Notes: a model not told the origin generated them from the letters alone. Positions 26,943-42,568 are shown, counted from the stretch's first letter. The stretch: 64,000 nucleotides of DNA from Eledone cirrhosa (GCA_964016885.1 CAXHJY010000202.1:1-64000), one strand, 5' to 3'. A program made the numbers and translations.

Positions 26943-28311
26943 CGCAGTCATTCACCATGCTATGTAATCAGAAAATGGATTACCTCTAGAGAGTAGGTGA
27001 TTCGATGTGTTTCTGCAAAAGCAGTGTCTACTGCGAGTCACGCACAATTCTTTGGTTAACAACATCTTTATATGACTTAGAAATATGAAGACGAGTAGCA
27101 CCATGTTATTTTCATGCATTGTAAGTCTATTGAAAAGATGGGTGGAATTTATTGTCAGAAAGGACATTTCATCAGAATTCCAATAACAGTTAACATTCTG
27201 CTAAGCACACACAAGTCCCAGTTGGTATTAATAAAGGATGTGATTAGTTAAGTCTACTAAAAACAATAGCAATATCTCAAGTATGCTTCTATATGTTTCC
27301 TGTACACTATATGTGACACACAGCAATATGATTGACGACACTTATCAAAAGTGTACGGAAGCTGGATTCAAACAAAATCCACACAGTCATGAAACAAAGA
27401 TTTTAACTATACAACTTGTTAATGTACAACTTTGTATTAGAGCAACATTCATTCTAAGAAATCATTTCGACAATCCATTAAATCTGTGATAAACAGTGCA
27501 AATCAACAACATATTCATTAACTGTATATAGCAGTAGTCTGTGGTAAGAATTACTTGACAACAACATATATTCATTAGTTGTGTAAAGGGTATATCCAAC
27601 TGACATGTTCAACCTATCACTGAGAGACTCTAATGTATAGATTTAATTTCAAGACCACCAACTTTACTAAGCTCACGTTTATTGTATCTATTCTTCTATT
27701 TGTTATGCTCTAACAATATAATGTGTGACCAGTTTAGCAAATATATTAAATGCAGAAATGAAATAATGAATAAGATATTTCATCCCTTACATATTCAAGA
27801 AATACAATTCGAAATGCCAGTCTGTTACAGTGACACAAATCTATAGAAATATAATACACCAAATGATATATGTATAGTGAGGAAAGTACCAAAGATAACG
27901 GAGCAAATGTTCAACTACAAATAACAAAGGTTCACATTCGGCTTATGTTCAAGAAACTTTCCCAGTAATGCGAGTTGTGTAAGAAATTGTCCAGAAAAAT
28001 TGCAAATCCAAGGAATAAATCTAGGAAACTATATAATGCTTATTACATTAGAGACCACGTATCTGTCTATCTCTCTCTCTCTATATATATATAGTTTCAA
28101 ACTTTATTTTATCATGAGTTAAAGGTCTATAGATTTTCCCTGGATTTTACTAAATTCTGTGGATGAATTTATATCCTGATTCTCTTTTGAGATGAGTTTG
28201 AGTTATTTTTCCTAAATCTTTCGTTAACTACTTTTCCCATCTTGACGTTATAGTCGCATATATGTTATAGAATGCCGTTAGCTTCTTGCTAAAACAATCT
28301 CTATACCTCTC

Positions 28312-28383
<72 letters not shown>

Positions 28384-28403
28384 TTATTAAAATAACAGAT
28401 TAA

Positions 28404-28454
28404 AGTTTAAGCAAAGAATCGCTGCTTTCACCCTTAACGGGATCTTCTGAAACT
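28404..28454 (-). ncRNA. Family C hammerhead, CAGAAGA core
   Basis: Identical to 45131-45181 in reverse complement. Confidence 0.75.
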
Positions 28455-28692
28455 AACAAAGTCAATATGTATATATATATATATATTTATATTTATACAT
28501 ATAGTAATAATAATTAGTGTATATATATATATATAGTAATAATAATTAGTATATATATATGGTAATAATAATTAAGAAGACAAAAATCCAAAAAGGGCTA
28601 GGACCAAAACCCGAAGAAAAAGCAGCGATCCTTTGCTTAATTTTAATCTGTAGTAATAATATATATATATCATCATCATCGTTTAACGTCCA

Positions 28693-28738
<46 letters not shown>

Positions 28739-31700
28739 CATAGGCATTGCTTTATCAGGATATGTTACAAGTTGGTGTGGCTGGCCGTAGCCTAAAAGTA
28801 CACCAAACTCTATAATCTGAAAAGCGATTGCAATACTCTTAGCACAGTTTGCAGCCATCATATATATATATATTACTTATAATATTGTCAGCAATAATAT
28901 TATCAAACAAACAATTGAATGGTCAAAGCAATCTTCTATCGCACTTAAACAAATCCATAATACACATTATGTATGTATGTGTTTATGCAGGTCCTTCTGG
29001 TTATATTATCTTGTAAATGTTAATCAATAGAGAGAGAGCCAGTTTCTAACATAGAAAAAAGTCACTTTCATTGAAATTTAGACACCATCCCCTAGATAAA
29101 TGCATATGTGTGCATGTATGTATGCGTAAATGCATGTATGTATGCATAAATGTAAGTATTAAGTAAGTATGTATGTATTATACTTTAACAATGGGTGTTC
29201 CTCCAGTGTTCGAGAAATTAATTTGTAAATGTTTGAGTATACCACAGATAGGTGTATCTTTAAGATAAATCTCAGGGTGATTTGAAATGTCATATTGTAT
29301 TACAGGTACATTTCTTCTGATCAGCTTCCAAAACAGGTTCTCTCTACCCAGTGTCATTCAAAAATACTTGGATCCATATGAGCTTATTGTAAATGGCATA
29401 TGCCAAAGATGCCATGCAATGGGATCGAACATAAGATGTTATGCTTGTAAACCGAACTTCCTAACCATTCAGGTTTGTCGACTCAACTCTATATACACGT
29501 CTTCCTCACCTTATATTAGCATATATTCTGGTAATTAGTCTAAGCATTCAATTGATCTAGCTATCAACCACCACAGCGAAATGATTCTCCATGTGTCTCT
29601 CGACACGCCTATCTCTCTATCTATTTCTTCCTACCCTCCCCCCTCTCGCCCTCATTTCCCCCTTCTTTCACCTCCTCTCCTCCTTCTCTCTCCTCCTCTC
29701 CTGCTTCCTTCTATCTTTCCATCCCAATACACTGCATGCAACTAAATAGAAAATGTATTGTGTCAAAAACATAACTTAACATAAATGCCTTCCTCCTAAT
29801 TATAAATGTTTTCATACGACGTGCATTGTTGTTTTATTCACTGTATTGTGGTTAAGTGTTAATAGAAACCTACTGAAGTGATATACAATGTTTAGTTTTA
29901 TTTACTGTAATATTTTATTTTTTATTGTCTATTCTAAGAATAAGAAAAAATTGGGATGGACATTTAAAATCTTTCGACAGTTTTACGTTCAGCTCCTGGC
30001 ATTTTTACAGTTTTGTCTCTAAATAACCTCCATTCAACCAGAAACTTCAGTTTCCATAGTAAATCATATTTAGTTTCTCTCATAAATAACATTTTATTTT
30101 CCTCATATTGCTTTCATTGCAATGATACGGTGATTGCATTTACTTGTTAAACATGTTGCAGGGCGACTTTTCTAACGTATTTTCCACTAAAACTTCTATA
30201 TCATACATTTCAAAGGGTATGAAACTGTTTCTCAACTCTATCATTTCTCTTAAACATAGGTCTTTAACCCACCTGACACATCTGCACTGGCATTGCAATT
30301 ACACACATACACACTGAAACATACATATATACAGACACACACACAGCCACACGAGTCACAGATGGATATTCTTTGTGGTCGCTCTGACTGTTAAAGACAG
30401 CGGGCAAGTCTCGCAAATTAAATCCCCCAGCCTTTAGAAACCACGGATATATTGCCAATGTATAGACTCATGGGTATCAAGATTAGAACAAAGTTAGGTA
30501 AGACATACGTTGAATTAACATTAAACAATAACAACAACAAAATAGAAATATGTGTTTCTATGTAATGACCTGCAAAATATCTACATGTTGACTTATGGAA
30601 TATCTTTTAGGCAGGATATTCAAATTATGTTGAGATATAAATGTAGACGATTGCAACATAATGACACATACAGATACGTAAGTAAGGTTTCAGAGACCAC
30701 TTCTCACACACCAGCAAAACCCTCGGATTTGATATAATGCCCCCCCCCCCCCATACATTTGTAGTCATGTTATGAACCTAGCCCTAACTAGACTTGTGTC
30801 AATCTTTCTATTAGTATTGAAGGAAAATCCTTGCTGGTAATTCCCTTGATTGTGCACTTGGACAGAATATTTACAGGCAATGGTGGCCTTAATATTAACA
30901 CTTTCTTCTGTATTGAAGATATATTAATATTTCTGTCAAATCTTGAAAAGCAGCTTTTGTCCGAAAATAGCGTTTAAATGGTAAACGAAGTTTCCATATA
31001 GAAAGTGTGCATCCTGTTGTCTCTGCCAATAGTTTTTTCACACATAGTCCAACAATAAATATAAGGAAAATTACAGGAATGTGAAATACTCTTTGCATTA
31101 AATGAAGCTTACATACACTGAGGTCTTTGAAAGAGTTGAGTTGCCGTATATCGACTCCGCGATCGTTGAATAGCTGTATGCATTAGTGTGGTAATTTTTT
31201 TTTTTTTGGGGGTATATTTTATGTTGTATAGACGACTCACATCTCCCACAAACCAAAATTCAGTTATAATGACTGGTTAAAATCCTCCCTAAGAAGACTC
31301 CAGTTGTCTTTGGTGGATTGGCAATATATTGCAAATGATATAAGTGAAAGAGATAGCATAACTGAAGGAGCTCATATATATCTGCCATGTATCACGCTAT
31401 TTGTATCGCTTATATGAACTCAGTTCACAAAGGAGAGCAATTAATCCTGTATTTTAACTCTATTCAATAGACTTGTGAAGTGATTTGAAGAGTTTACCAT
31501 TCACAGTATTGATACCAATAGCTATGAATGTGAAAATGTAGGAATATTAAAAGCTGCAACATCATTATGATGAATGGAACTAAAGATCAGCTGTTTGCTG
31601 GTAAGTTTGAAGTGTAAAAGAGAATTGAAGAGGCAACTTATATGGGGGGAGGGGGCATTTGAAATCATGGGAACAGTCATCGTGTGTGTATGTATATATA

Positions 31701-34529
31701 GATGTATGTATGTAGGTATGTATGTTTGTATGTATGTGTGTGGTGTGTGTGTGAACATGTATGTATGTATTATGTATGTAAGCAAGTATGTGTGTGTGTG
31801 CATGGATGTATTTATATATGTATGTATGCAATTAAATATGTTTGTGCATGTGTATATGTATTTATTATGTATGTAAGTAAGCAAGTATGTTTGTGTGTGT
31901 ATGTAAGTATGTATAAATATATACGTATGTATGTATATATGTAGGTTTTTATGTTTCTATGTATGATTGTGTGTATGTATGTATGTATATATGTAGGTAT
32001 TTATGTGTGTATGTATGTTGGTATGTATGATTGTGTGTATGTATGTATGTGTGTTTGTTTGTTTCTATATATGTGTATCTGTGCCTGCGTTGGTGTGTGC
32101 ATGTCTGAAATATTATATAATCTATAACTGTAGTAGTTACTTCAAAAATATTGATTTAACACAACACACTGATGATATAAAATAAATCTGTTTTGTATTT
32201 ATACAGAAATAACCACCATGTTTTACACTTTCCTTCCTTATTCACTAGTCCTCTGCATCTTCTTTGATATTCCTAATGATAACAAATCATGTTACATTTC
32301 TACTGGTGAGAAAAAAGATGAATAATCTAAATACTGTAAACATCATAGAAAATGTATATAATCTTGGTGAAAATATGTTTGTTTAGCTGTAATTTCCGTC
32401 ATCACACTATATTAGACTGCAATTTATTGCCTCATAGTCTTCTTGACCTTCCATTATAGAGGTCTGTCGAGATTTTTTTTGTAAAATCATATTAATGAAC
32501 TCTCTATTGCTTATAGGTTAAGGAAAAACAAAGAAGCGAAATCTGGTGACTCATACATTAGTTTGATTTATTTTATGTCAGTTTATTATTTAATAAGATT
32601 TTTGTGGTGAAACATTTCAAACTTCGAACAATGAATCCCAATTTATTTTTCATTTAAAACATGTAAAGATTCTGTTTTAATTTGTCATTACACAAGATGA
32701 CAGCATAGCAGTTTAAACTGGGGAATAAATATTGATTAATGGACTTCGTAGAGACTTTTATGACTTTGCAAATGTCGTTTTACAGCAAACATCGCCGAAC
32801 TGGTGTAGTTTACAAGCAACGCTGACTGCTACACACATGAAAGCGAAATAGAGTTTGTAAAATTTCAAATAAAACTGAAGGAGGCTGTAACATAGTTGTC
32901 AAATTTAAAAAGAAATATGTTCCAGAATTTTTCTGAATTTTCTTTCCTGATTTCTACAACCTATGTTGTCAATGATTACCTTCATCTACTATGGAATTAA
33001 GCGGATAAATGATAAAACACCCCTTAGAAAGGACGTCAGCTTAATGTCGGTAATTATGCCTATAATTGAAGGTTACTGCAGAAATGCAAACCCAATACAG
33101 TCTCTAGTCACAGTACTAAATTATTTATAAACACTACACGTGTTAAACCTATAAGTTCACAGAACAAGTTAAAGGTTGACCGAGACGTGCTACAGCATAA
33201 ATCATTCCAGCCAACATCACATTGTCTTTTAGGGATATGGGGGAGAACACGATATTCCTTTGTTCAAAGCATTACGGAGTGATTTAGTTGCAATTTCTAG
33301 CAGGTGGAAAGAACACGCATGGGCTTTCTCATTGGTTGCTGCAGATCACAGTTTTATCATCAAACAATCAATTACTACTGCGTTACATGATATGATCTCG
33401 TGTCATGACTTCACAAATCTCTGATAGTAAAGAGTGAATATTATTTCATTACAATTTGTAAAACTAATGTATCATTTGTAAAGTAAATATCAGTTATTGA
33501 TTTTTTATTATATTAAATCCAAATATATGGAAGGAAAATATGAAGCATAGGACAAGGAGGAGTTTGAAAACATCAGAACTTTTCCCACATTCTCTGTAGT
33601 ACTATGTAAAACCTGCAACAGTGTTGATTATTCTTTATTGGTCTCGTGGTAATTGGATAATTATTGTCTCTGCTCCATTTCACTAGTTTGACACAAATTC
33701 ACTTCAGTGACAAAGATTAAAAATTTCACATTTTACAATATATATATAAAAACAAAATATACTCAACACTGCAAGCAAATGGCATGCTCTAAAGCACCAC
33801 AGTGCCCATGCTACTTAGCTGATTGATTGCATTTTCATTCTCCTTTAATGAGCAGTAAAGCTGATCATTCCCATGGCCTCCAAGACTGGTAGAATGGAGG
33901 ATGGAAAGAATACTTAAGCTGAGTCTGAATACTTGCATTAGAATGTAATGGTTAGGCTATAGCATTAAGATCCTAAGTAGAATACTGCGGGATTTGACTT
34001 CAGAATATGAAAGACTGGCATCAACGCACCAACACATCTTGCACAAACATCTAACAATTATGTCAAACCTTGACTGTACCTTCCACTGGTATTTCATATA
34101 ATCGACCCTACTTCCTGCAAAGGATGGAATTCGGAGGTGCAATCAGCAAGATATAGTAAGCAAAGATATAACACAAAATATTGTGACTGAATAACTAGCA
34201 ATTCTGTCAACTCACAGTCATTTGTGTGAATACACAGGAAACATTAAGTGTATAATGTCTGTTCTCTGTCAACACAGAAATAATTATATTGTGGGTTATG
34301 TAGATTGAATATAGTAACGTTAGTGATTTTCTAAAGTAACATTGCATCCAGAAATGTTCAAACTAGATTCATTACAGAGGCTAAGCATAGATATTGCTGG
34401 AACTACAAAAATGTTATGTAAATATGATAGATATTTAACACTCTCCTTTCTAGTATGGCAACAGAAACAAATTAATAACATTTGTTCATACACAAACACA
34501 CATGCATACACACAGTACAGCCCCCTCTC

Positions 34530-34609
<80 letters not shown>

Positions 34610-34610
<1 letters not shown>

Positions 34611-34772
34611 TTATCCCGGGTTTAATCGAGTATATACAGAGTATAAATATTTAATAAAGAAAAGGCTTCAACAGGACTAGAACTGTTTCATTCAGGAGAA
34701 ATCATCAGGATTTCTCCCGAAAGAAACAGTTCTAGTCCTGTAGAAGCCCTTTCTATATTATATATTTATATA
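34610..34772. mobile_element. pLTR family F fold-back
   Basis: acaggactagaactgtttc / gaaacagttctagtcctgt arms. The minus arm retains CTGATGA..GAAA but has lost most of stem I. Confidence 0.75.
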
Positions 34773-34928
34773 TACTCAGCTGGTTTAGAGCCACAGGGAG
34801 GGCCAATGGATGATGGATAGGCTGTCTCTGAGACACAACATAAAGATATAAAGAATACAGTTTTGTTCTGCAGAAGAGCCATTAATATCAGCACTCTGAA
34901 TATGAGTTTATCTCGGGAATTTTACACT

Positions 34929-34986
<58 letters not shown>

Positions 34987-37940
34987 GGAGGGGTTTGTGT
35001 GGTGTGTGTTTGTTTGTGCGTGTGTTTGTGAGTTTGTATGTGTTTGTGTGCATACATAAACACACACGTACGCAATGTATACAATACACATGCTTTGGCT
35101 AAAGTTTTTTTTTTATTCATTTCGGATTACATCACGAAACCACACCATTAAATAAATATTTTACAAAATTGTATAATTATATTAATACAACTTTATTATT
35201 CTTTTCAGATTTCTGTCAAATGTCAACTATAATAATTCAATTATAATATATTATCATTGCATGTATAGAGCTGTGATGAATAGTCTTTTCATGACCTTTC
35301 TATATCCTTGTCATATCGATAGGTGATGCTCTTTATCGATCAATTCATACAAAAATAATACTGTGTATATTTACAGACATCATCATAAATTTAATATCTG
35401 TTGTGGTAGTAATTTTGATAGTTATACTGATTGCTGTAAATGTACATGATTTCCAGAATCGGTAGTTCGCCATATGTAATGTCTTTTGGTATTTAGTCAT
35501 GAACATTATTGAATATCAGATCAGTTTTAAAACTAAGTAACCGAACAGAAATATTCCCCAAGAAAACATTGCCATATTACATTCCCAAGGTATTTGTGGT
35601 AATTGCAGAAATATATATGTTAATAAATATATATGTTAATTAAATAGGAACGAGGTGTCAGAATATCATCATTAAATTTACTAACAGAAAAACAACCCTT
35701 CGGGTGGTTTTCTGCTAGCATGTGTAGTGTGCATACTGATATTATATGCAAATATATATGCATGTAGATATGATATGCCAAATAAAATTGTAATTGAGAA
35801 TATGCACAGAAATTGAAGAGAGTCTGTTACACTCTCTTCTGTAAGTAAAGTAATCCATGATACAATTAAAAAAGACGATATTATATATAAACTCCATTAC
35901 GGTGAAATGTAATGAAAACGAAAAAGGAGAAAATTAGTAACAGAAAATATCATAAACGGTATTGACATTTGAAAATATCATAAAAGTATTGACATTTGAA
36001 AATTTTAAGAGAAGTGAATATTATGATTTAGGTGACACGCGTTTCGCTATTGATCACCTCAAGGGTTGATCCGTATCGATCTGGCCTGCCCAACTCTGTA
36101 ATCAAAAGCTCATCATACTCTTGGTTTGTTAATGATGGGAGATATGATAATAAATATATCAAATAAAAAAAATTCACCTACCATAATATGCCTTCTGATC
36201 TGTGATGAAAGAAAGTTGTCACATTGTATTTTAGGGATTCATTCATATAGGTGCCAGTATCTCGGTTATGATATTCCATATAAACTCTGCTTCTAACCAA
36301 GAGAATAGTGAAATATACTCTATATTGTGTACATCAGATATTTAAAGCTTTGATACAATGCCGATAATGAGTCTGGCAAACACAGAAGGAATAAGCATTA
36401 AAATATATCAGCATACCAATGTCATCTCTTTCAATGTTTCATGTTCAGGTTTTCCAACGTAAAGTAGCTGTATCTAGAATTGATTGTATCAACCTACTGC
36501 TCACAGAGGAACTTTATTTGATTTTAACAAGCACACCAATATTCAAGGTTTTTGTTTCACAAATAATTAGTTAATAATGCGATATGTCTAAAGTTTATGA
36601 TCTTTTACTGTATTGTATTAGAATTAAATTTTCAAACGTTTTCGAAATTTTACTGGCTTGAATTTCAATGTGGCTAACTGAATGTCAATTATGGTGGAGA
36701 TTTACAATGCTGAACTGTATGTACGTGTGTGTTAGAGAGAACGAAATTTATGTTAATAACGTAAGTTATACATATTAAACATTTACCTGAGAGGAATTTT
36801 AATGTCCACAAAATTATAATTCAAGCTAACATATTGTCACGAGACCAACAAAGATCTCAGATCATGGAAAATCATTCAATTATGCTAACTATAAACATCT
36901 AGAAAGTAACAAACTGAAATAGCAGTAAACGGAAACAAAACTGTAAGCAATACACTAACCTAATTACTTCGATTTAGAAGCACCTGCGATTTGAGTCTAA
37001 ATAATTACCTTCAGTTGCATCTATCAATACATCGTCCTTTTTTTGACAGGTTTCGAATCCCTGTCGATTGGCAGTTGTGTGATATGTCCTTACCAGCCAA
37101 GTCGACACTAGCACATGATGTCAAATAACAGACACGGTTTCAGTGGAATAGTAATGTAATTATTGCAAAGAAAGTACTTGTTTAATGCTGGTTGTAAAAG
37201 AGTAAGTGATAGATTGAAAGAAAAATATTCAAAAGATTATTGTCAATGTAAATGTGATATAATTATATCCACTGGGATCGAAATTAATTGCCATTTTTTT
37301 CTGTTAGATCACGGAACAGCAATAATTAGCTGGAATCCAAATACATACACTATACAAGTTCAGTAACAGGACTAAAATACCAAAACTAATGAATGAACGG
37401 AAGCGAAAGTGGGAGGAGGCAAATGCTACACCTTTGTCTGAATGTCTTATCTCAGCTGAGCTCCGCACACAAAAAGGCGAAGTAGTTTCCGTGATTCACG
37501 CTGCATCAACAATTCTTTCGCATGAGCTTCCTTCCTTAGATTAGATGCTAACGTCCCTATTTGACAGAATAAGATTTGTCAAGGATAGAACATGTTGGCG
37601 TCTAACTCTATCACATTAAATTCCTTTCTCTTAGAATCTAGCCCCGCAACACTGGAACATATTTAATCAACTGTAATACACATGTATAGACTAATACATA
37701 TTTCCAGTTTCGAACATATTGATGGTTAACTCTATAAATCCCACATATTTTAAAGGAAAGGATGTAGTCAAACAGAACGACGCCGATACGTGACGATACT
37801 TATATCATCAACACAGAAAGTGAGGTGACGTGACTAAATACCAATAGGGGTTTCGTGTGATTCAATACTGTTTGTTTAGTCCAGTTCACTACTGTATTAT
37901 TTTTTTACTGTTACTTTTCGCTTAGAAAAATATTGATTTA

Positions 37941-38272
37941 CTAGCTGGCCTTCGGCCATTAAAAAATGACAGCTAACTGTAATATCTATACATAATATAG
38001 GCTCACACAAGTGATACAAACGTACAAAGGCACAGCTGTGATGAATCTTAGAATGCTGGACTTCTATAGTTTACAACCCACCTCCCTCAGTCATCACATA
38101 GATGTGTGTGTATTAACCACCCCTTCCTTCCTCAGTCAACATAATCACCACTTCCACATTCCTCAGTCGATGTAATCACCACTTCCTTCCTCAGTCGACA
38201 TAATCACACCTTCCTTCCTCAGTCATCTCTAGTGCATGACAGACAAATACACAAGGCTAATGTGTTAGTAGA
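37941..38272 (-). mobile_element. Non-autonomous Helitron with internal minisatellite
   Basis: Minus strand: A|TCTACTAAC..gtctgtc start; ggcc(gaa)ggcc hairpin then CTAG|T end. Internal 28-31-bp repeats (cctcagtc..aatcac) at about 38085-38226. Confidence 0.6.
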
Positions 38273-39920
38273 TATTTGCTAGTCAGAATACGACACTTTG
38301 CTAGAAGTTTTGATTGAATCATTTGAATACACCATCTTTTATATTACTGGTAATTAATGTAGCAACACAAGACAGATGAGATTAACATGTGAACCTGTAT
38401 TATCTGTCACAATCAAGGGTAGGTAGTCTTTACAGCTAGTTTTAAATACATCATTAATAAACTGTTTTGTCTATGGAGAGTGTAATAAAGCATCAGTGAT
38501 GTTAATACAAAGATGATTAGCATGCGATAGTTTGCAATTTATATAATAGTGGAAGGTTCATATAATTACAATTAAAGTAAATTACATGGATATCATTTAT
38601 AATCTCTGCAGTTCAGAGATTACGGTTGGAAGAAAAAATACACTATTTTCTTAGGTTGGAATAAGAGCACACATTAGTAATTTAGGTGTATAGCTGGCTG
38701 AGTAACTCCATGTATCTGTCATATTTCTAAAGAAGTGGATGTCACAATTCATACATTGCCAAATAGATGTTTTAAAACATATTTATACGGATACACTAAA
38801 ATGTATGATAAGAATTATCGACGCTTGCATATATATATATAATGTGTTGATGGACCCAGCATATTTATCAATGCCAGGACCGGTTCTATCTCAGCGTACT
38901 CCATAGGCAATGTAAGATACATTCCCAGAGTATACACATAGTTATTCGCTTCAATACAACACACGTCAAACGGGTGCACTAATGATTATGCGGCTTCATC
39001 AGCGGGTATCGCCTAATCAATAACCAATCGATCGACAGAATCCAAACACCAGCCCATGCCGGTAATGACTGTTTGCGACAACCGACACGGTAAAGCGATT
39101 AGCCACTGGCACCCGATACGACTCAACCTCTCGACTAGCCACCGGTTTACAAATGTTACGTGGTGGCGGGAGACTAGAAAACCAATCTTTTCGTTCCCGT
39201 CAAAAGTCTCAGTCAACGTGTCTCACACACAAATTATTAAGAGGTGAAAAGATGGCTATTAGAAATAGCAGTCCACATCGATGTATAATAGAATTGTAAC
39301 ATTCGGCTCATGTCCCCAAGTCCCATGGCTAGAGGAAAGCGATGGTAACAATGGTAGTGCCAAGAACCTTTAACGGACTTTAAATGTGATTATCCATTAT
39401 AGAGCAATATAGTAGCGAGCTGAAATGCGTCAGCCGCGTGCGTAGAGAACCAGTCTATTTCACAACTTAAAAGAGTGAGAGATAAAATTAATAGCAGGAA
39501 ATAGAGCGTATATCAAAACAAAAACACAATAAAAAATGAAAAAATGTTTAACTTACTCTCAATAGTCCACTAGTTGGCAGATAATAATAATAAAGAGTTG
39601 ACGGACCCAGCATATTTATCTATATATATAAAACAAAGAATGTCTGTGTATCTGTTTCCCTAAAACTCGAGAACTACCGAACCGTTTCTTTTTTCAAACT
39701 TTACACATGTAATACTTATGCTCCTATTGAGTGTTCTGAGCAAAGAAAAATTCTAAATTTCAATGCCCTAATTCTTTTCTTAAACATTAAACGATTTAGC
39801 GTTCTCTTGCTCTTTCTCTTAGTCTTTTTCATTTTAGATAGATACATAGATTTGACGTCGCGCATTCATAATATCTGTCTGTATGCTGGCTGTCTGCATT
39901 ATGACATTATGACGTGAATT

Positions 39921-40110
39921 AGGGCGGTGAATTGGCAGTATCGGTAGAGGATTGGACGCCATGTTTTCTAGCATAGTTACGTCCATTTTCGGTCTGAGTT
40001 CAAATCCCGCCGAGGTTAACTTTGCCTTTCATCCTTAAGGGGTCGATAAAATAAAGTACCAGTAATGTACTGGGTAATTGCTGGCCTTGTGCCTAAAGTA
40101 GAAACAATTA
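39921..40110 (+). mobile_element. Nin-type SINE with TSD
   Basis: Full head and core. Flanking repeat attatgacattatgacgtga. Confidence 0.9.
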
Positions 40111-40560
40111 TGACATTATGACGTGATCAGTGTGTCTGTGTATATATGTATATATATAGTGTGTGTGTGTATATATTCTTATGCCAGGAAACGTATTCAC
40201 GAATCAAAGTATCGTCTTCCTGATTTCCTTCGGTTGCAACGTTTTTCGAAATATTTACATCTGCGTTCACAGATTGATTTTTTTAATTTCAGAAGATCGC
40301 GTTAAGGTTGAAAGCAGCGATTCTTTTCTTAAACATTAATATGTTATTTTAATATAGATATTCGTGTACAGATATTTTTACATACACAAAAACAAAATAT
40401 AAACAAACAAGGCCACCGATTACATCGTTAGTCTTAGTGTACTTCATAGTGCTTTGTGTACTTCATACTGCTTAGTGTACTTCATACTGCTTTTAGCTAG
40501 AAGATCCCGTTAAGGGTGAAAGCAGCGATTCATGTTCTGCGTTCACAGATTGATGTTTTT

Positions 40561-40611
40561 AGTTTCAGAAGATCCCGTTAAGTGTGAAAGCAGTGATTCT
40601 TTGCTTAAACT
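40561..40611 (+). ncRNA. Family C hammerhead, CAGAAGA core (degenerate copy also at about 40285-40335)
   Basis: agttt-CAGAAGA-tcccgttaagtgt-GAAA-gca..tgc-TT-aaact. Confidence 0.65.
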
Positions 40612-40805
40612 TTAATGTTATTTTAATATTTATATATATAATTATATATTCGTGTACAGATATTTTTGCATACACAATAACAAAATATAAACAAACGTAT
40701 TTATTTCACGAGGCTCGATAAGGATAAATATATATCAAATATATAAGAACCCTAGAGCAAATCCCGAGTAACGCCGGGCCATTCTGCTAGTCATATATAT
40801 AATAT

Positions 40806-41003
40806 ATATGAAGGATTCAGGACTCCAATGGCTGAGCTTCTGCCGTTTCGACGGCTACATCCAAACTCAATCTAGCGCTTGAAACGGCAGGAGCTCAGCA
40901 GTCGGGGTCCTGAATCCTTCATATTACCCGCTCTAATATCCCAAGTATTGAGCTTGCTATTGAGTAAATGTCTTAACTGGTTTTTACTGCATCTATTCTG
41001 ATT
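40806..41003 (+). mobile_element. pLTR family A relative, fold-back
   Basis: atatgaaggattcaggac..ccgtttc / gaaacgg..gtcctgaatccttcatat arms. Confidence 0.7.
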
Positions 41004-41085
<82 letters not shown>

Positions 41086-41353
41086 TATATACATATATAT
41101 ATATGTATGTGGGTGTGTTTTATGTTTGGTGCATGGCTGGTAGTTTGGAACCATGGAAACTTTTATAGCAGCCGGGTACCGTATCGGCTTACCAACACAA
41201 AGTCGTCTTCCTCACTGATTAATAGAAGTGTGCACTCTGGCCAGCTAGGTGGGTTCGGTCGGATTATAATAATTTGAACTTAGTTGTCCAGTGAGTGAGA
41301 GGACAAATGGCCAAAACTATGTCCATTCTATTCGACTTGGTTCGTCTCCTAAT

Positions 41354-41396
<43 letters not shown>

Positions 41397-41408
41397 ACAT
41401 ACACACAG

Positions 41409-41474
<66 letters not shown>

Positions 41475-42568
41475 TCATACATATATATATGTGTGTGTGT
41501 GTGTAAAAGTTAAACAGAAATAACCACACAATCGGTGATCTATACAGTAGGAATATATTAGTTTAAAGTTTGAACTAGCAGGAAGAAGGTCATACAGTTT
41601 TGGAGGCTAGTCCTTCATCAGAAATAAGAATGAGAAATTAGAAAGATTGAAGAGACGGGCATGGCGGAATCAGAAAAAATGTTTTAGAATAAAATAACAG
41701 ATCCATTCATGTTGCCATCTCTTGGAAAACTGTTAATGCTGGCGTTTTGTGTATGACACAAACACACACATACACTAACGCGCGCGCATGCACATATGTT
41801 TATATATGGAACAGATATCAGCCTAAATTTAATTTTTTTAAATGTCAAATCACGCCGCAAAATGGATCATAATATATAGATTATGTGATGTATTATTTAT
41901 TTCCTTCTCGTTAGAACCTAAAATCCTGCCAGAACCGACGCTGCCTTTCGGACTTTAGAAATATCAATAAATCAAATATGCATTATACTGGCGTGTGGTG
42001 TGGGGACATTTCATTTGACAATCCCATTTTCAATTTTCATTGATTGGCCATGAGCCTAATTAAGACATAATTAATTTGCAAGTACTTAATTAATCTCGAT
42101 TGCTTAAACCATTGTCACAATCTAAAACAAAATAATGCCAATGGTCGACAACAGACCTCTTAGAATAATGTTAATGCTAATGAATATTTAATGTTGATTT
42201 TGTTTAGATCAGTAAATGTTTAGAATTGTTTGTTTTTCTTCCATTGATGTGTAAAACAGACTTATGTAAATTCTTTTTGGAAATAATTTAGATCTAGTGA
42301 GAACAATTTCACTTCATTGCCACACGTCTTATCTTGGGTCTCTATCTGTGTTCTGCATAGCTAAGCGATTACAAATAAATGTTGATGGATACTAAAATAA
42401 AACAATGGGTTTGACATTAATGTTTAAATACACACCCACAGACACACACAGACACTCACACACGCAGACATTTATATATATATATATATTAAAATAACAG
42501 ATTAAAGTTTCAGCAAAGAATCGCTGCTTTCACCCTTAACGTCTTCAAATTTATTATTATTACTATTA

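Larger units (their letters stand above)
39619..40790 (+). mobile_element. Non-autonomous Helitron containing a SINE and pLTR family C fragments
   Basis: A|TCTATATATATAAA start; cccg(agtaacgc)cggg hairpin and CTAG|T end. The empty-site sequence ggacccagcatattta-tca is seen intact at 38872-38890. Confidence 0.8.

Noticed and set aside
38085-38226. CRISPR-like short repeats
   Set aside because: Eukaryotic context, no unique spacers and no cas genes; it is a minisatellite inside a Helitron.
41585-41630. Minus-strand CTGATGA-agga..tcc-AAAA hammerhead-like motif
   Set aside because: GAAA is absent and stem I does not pair; at best a dead remnant.
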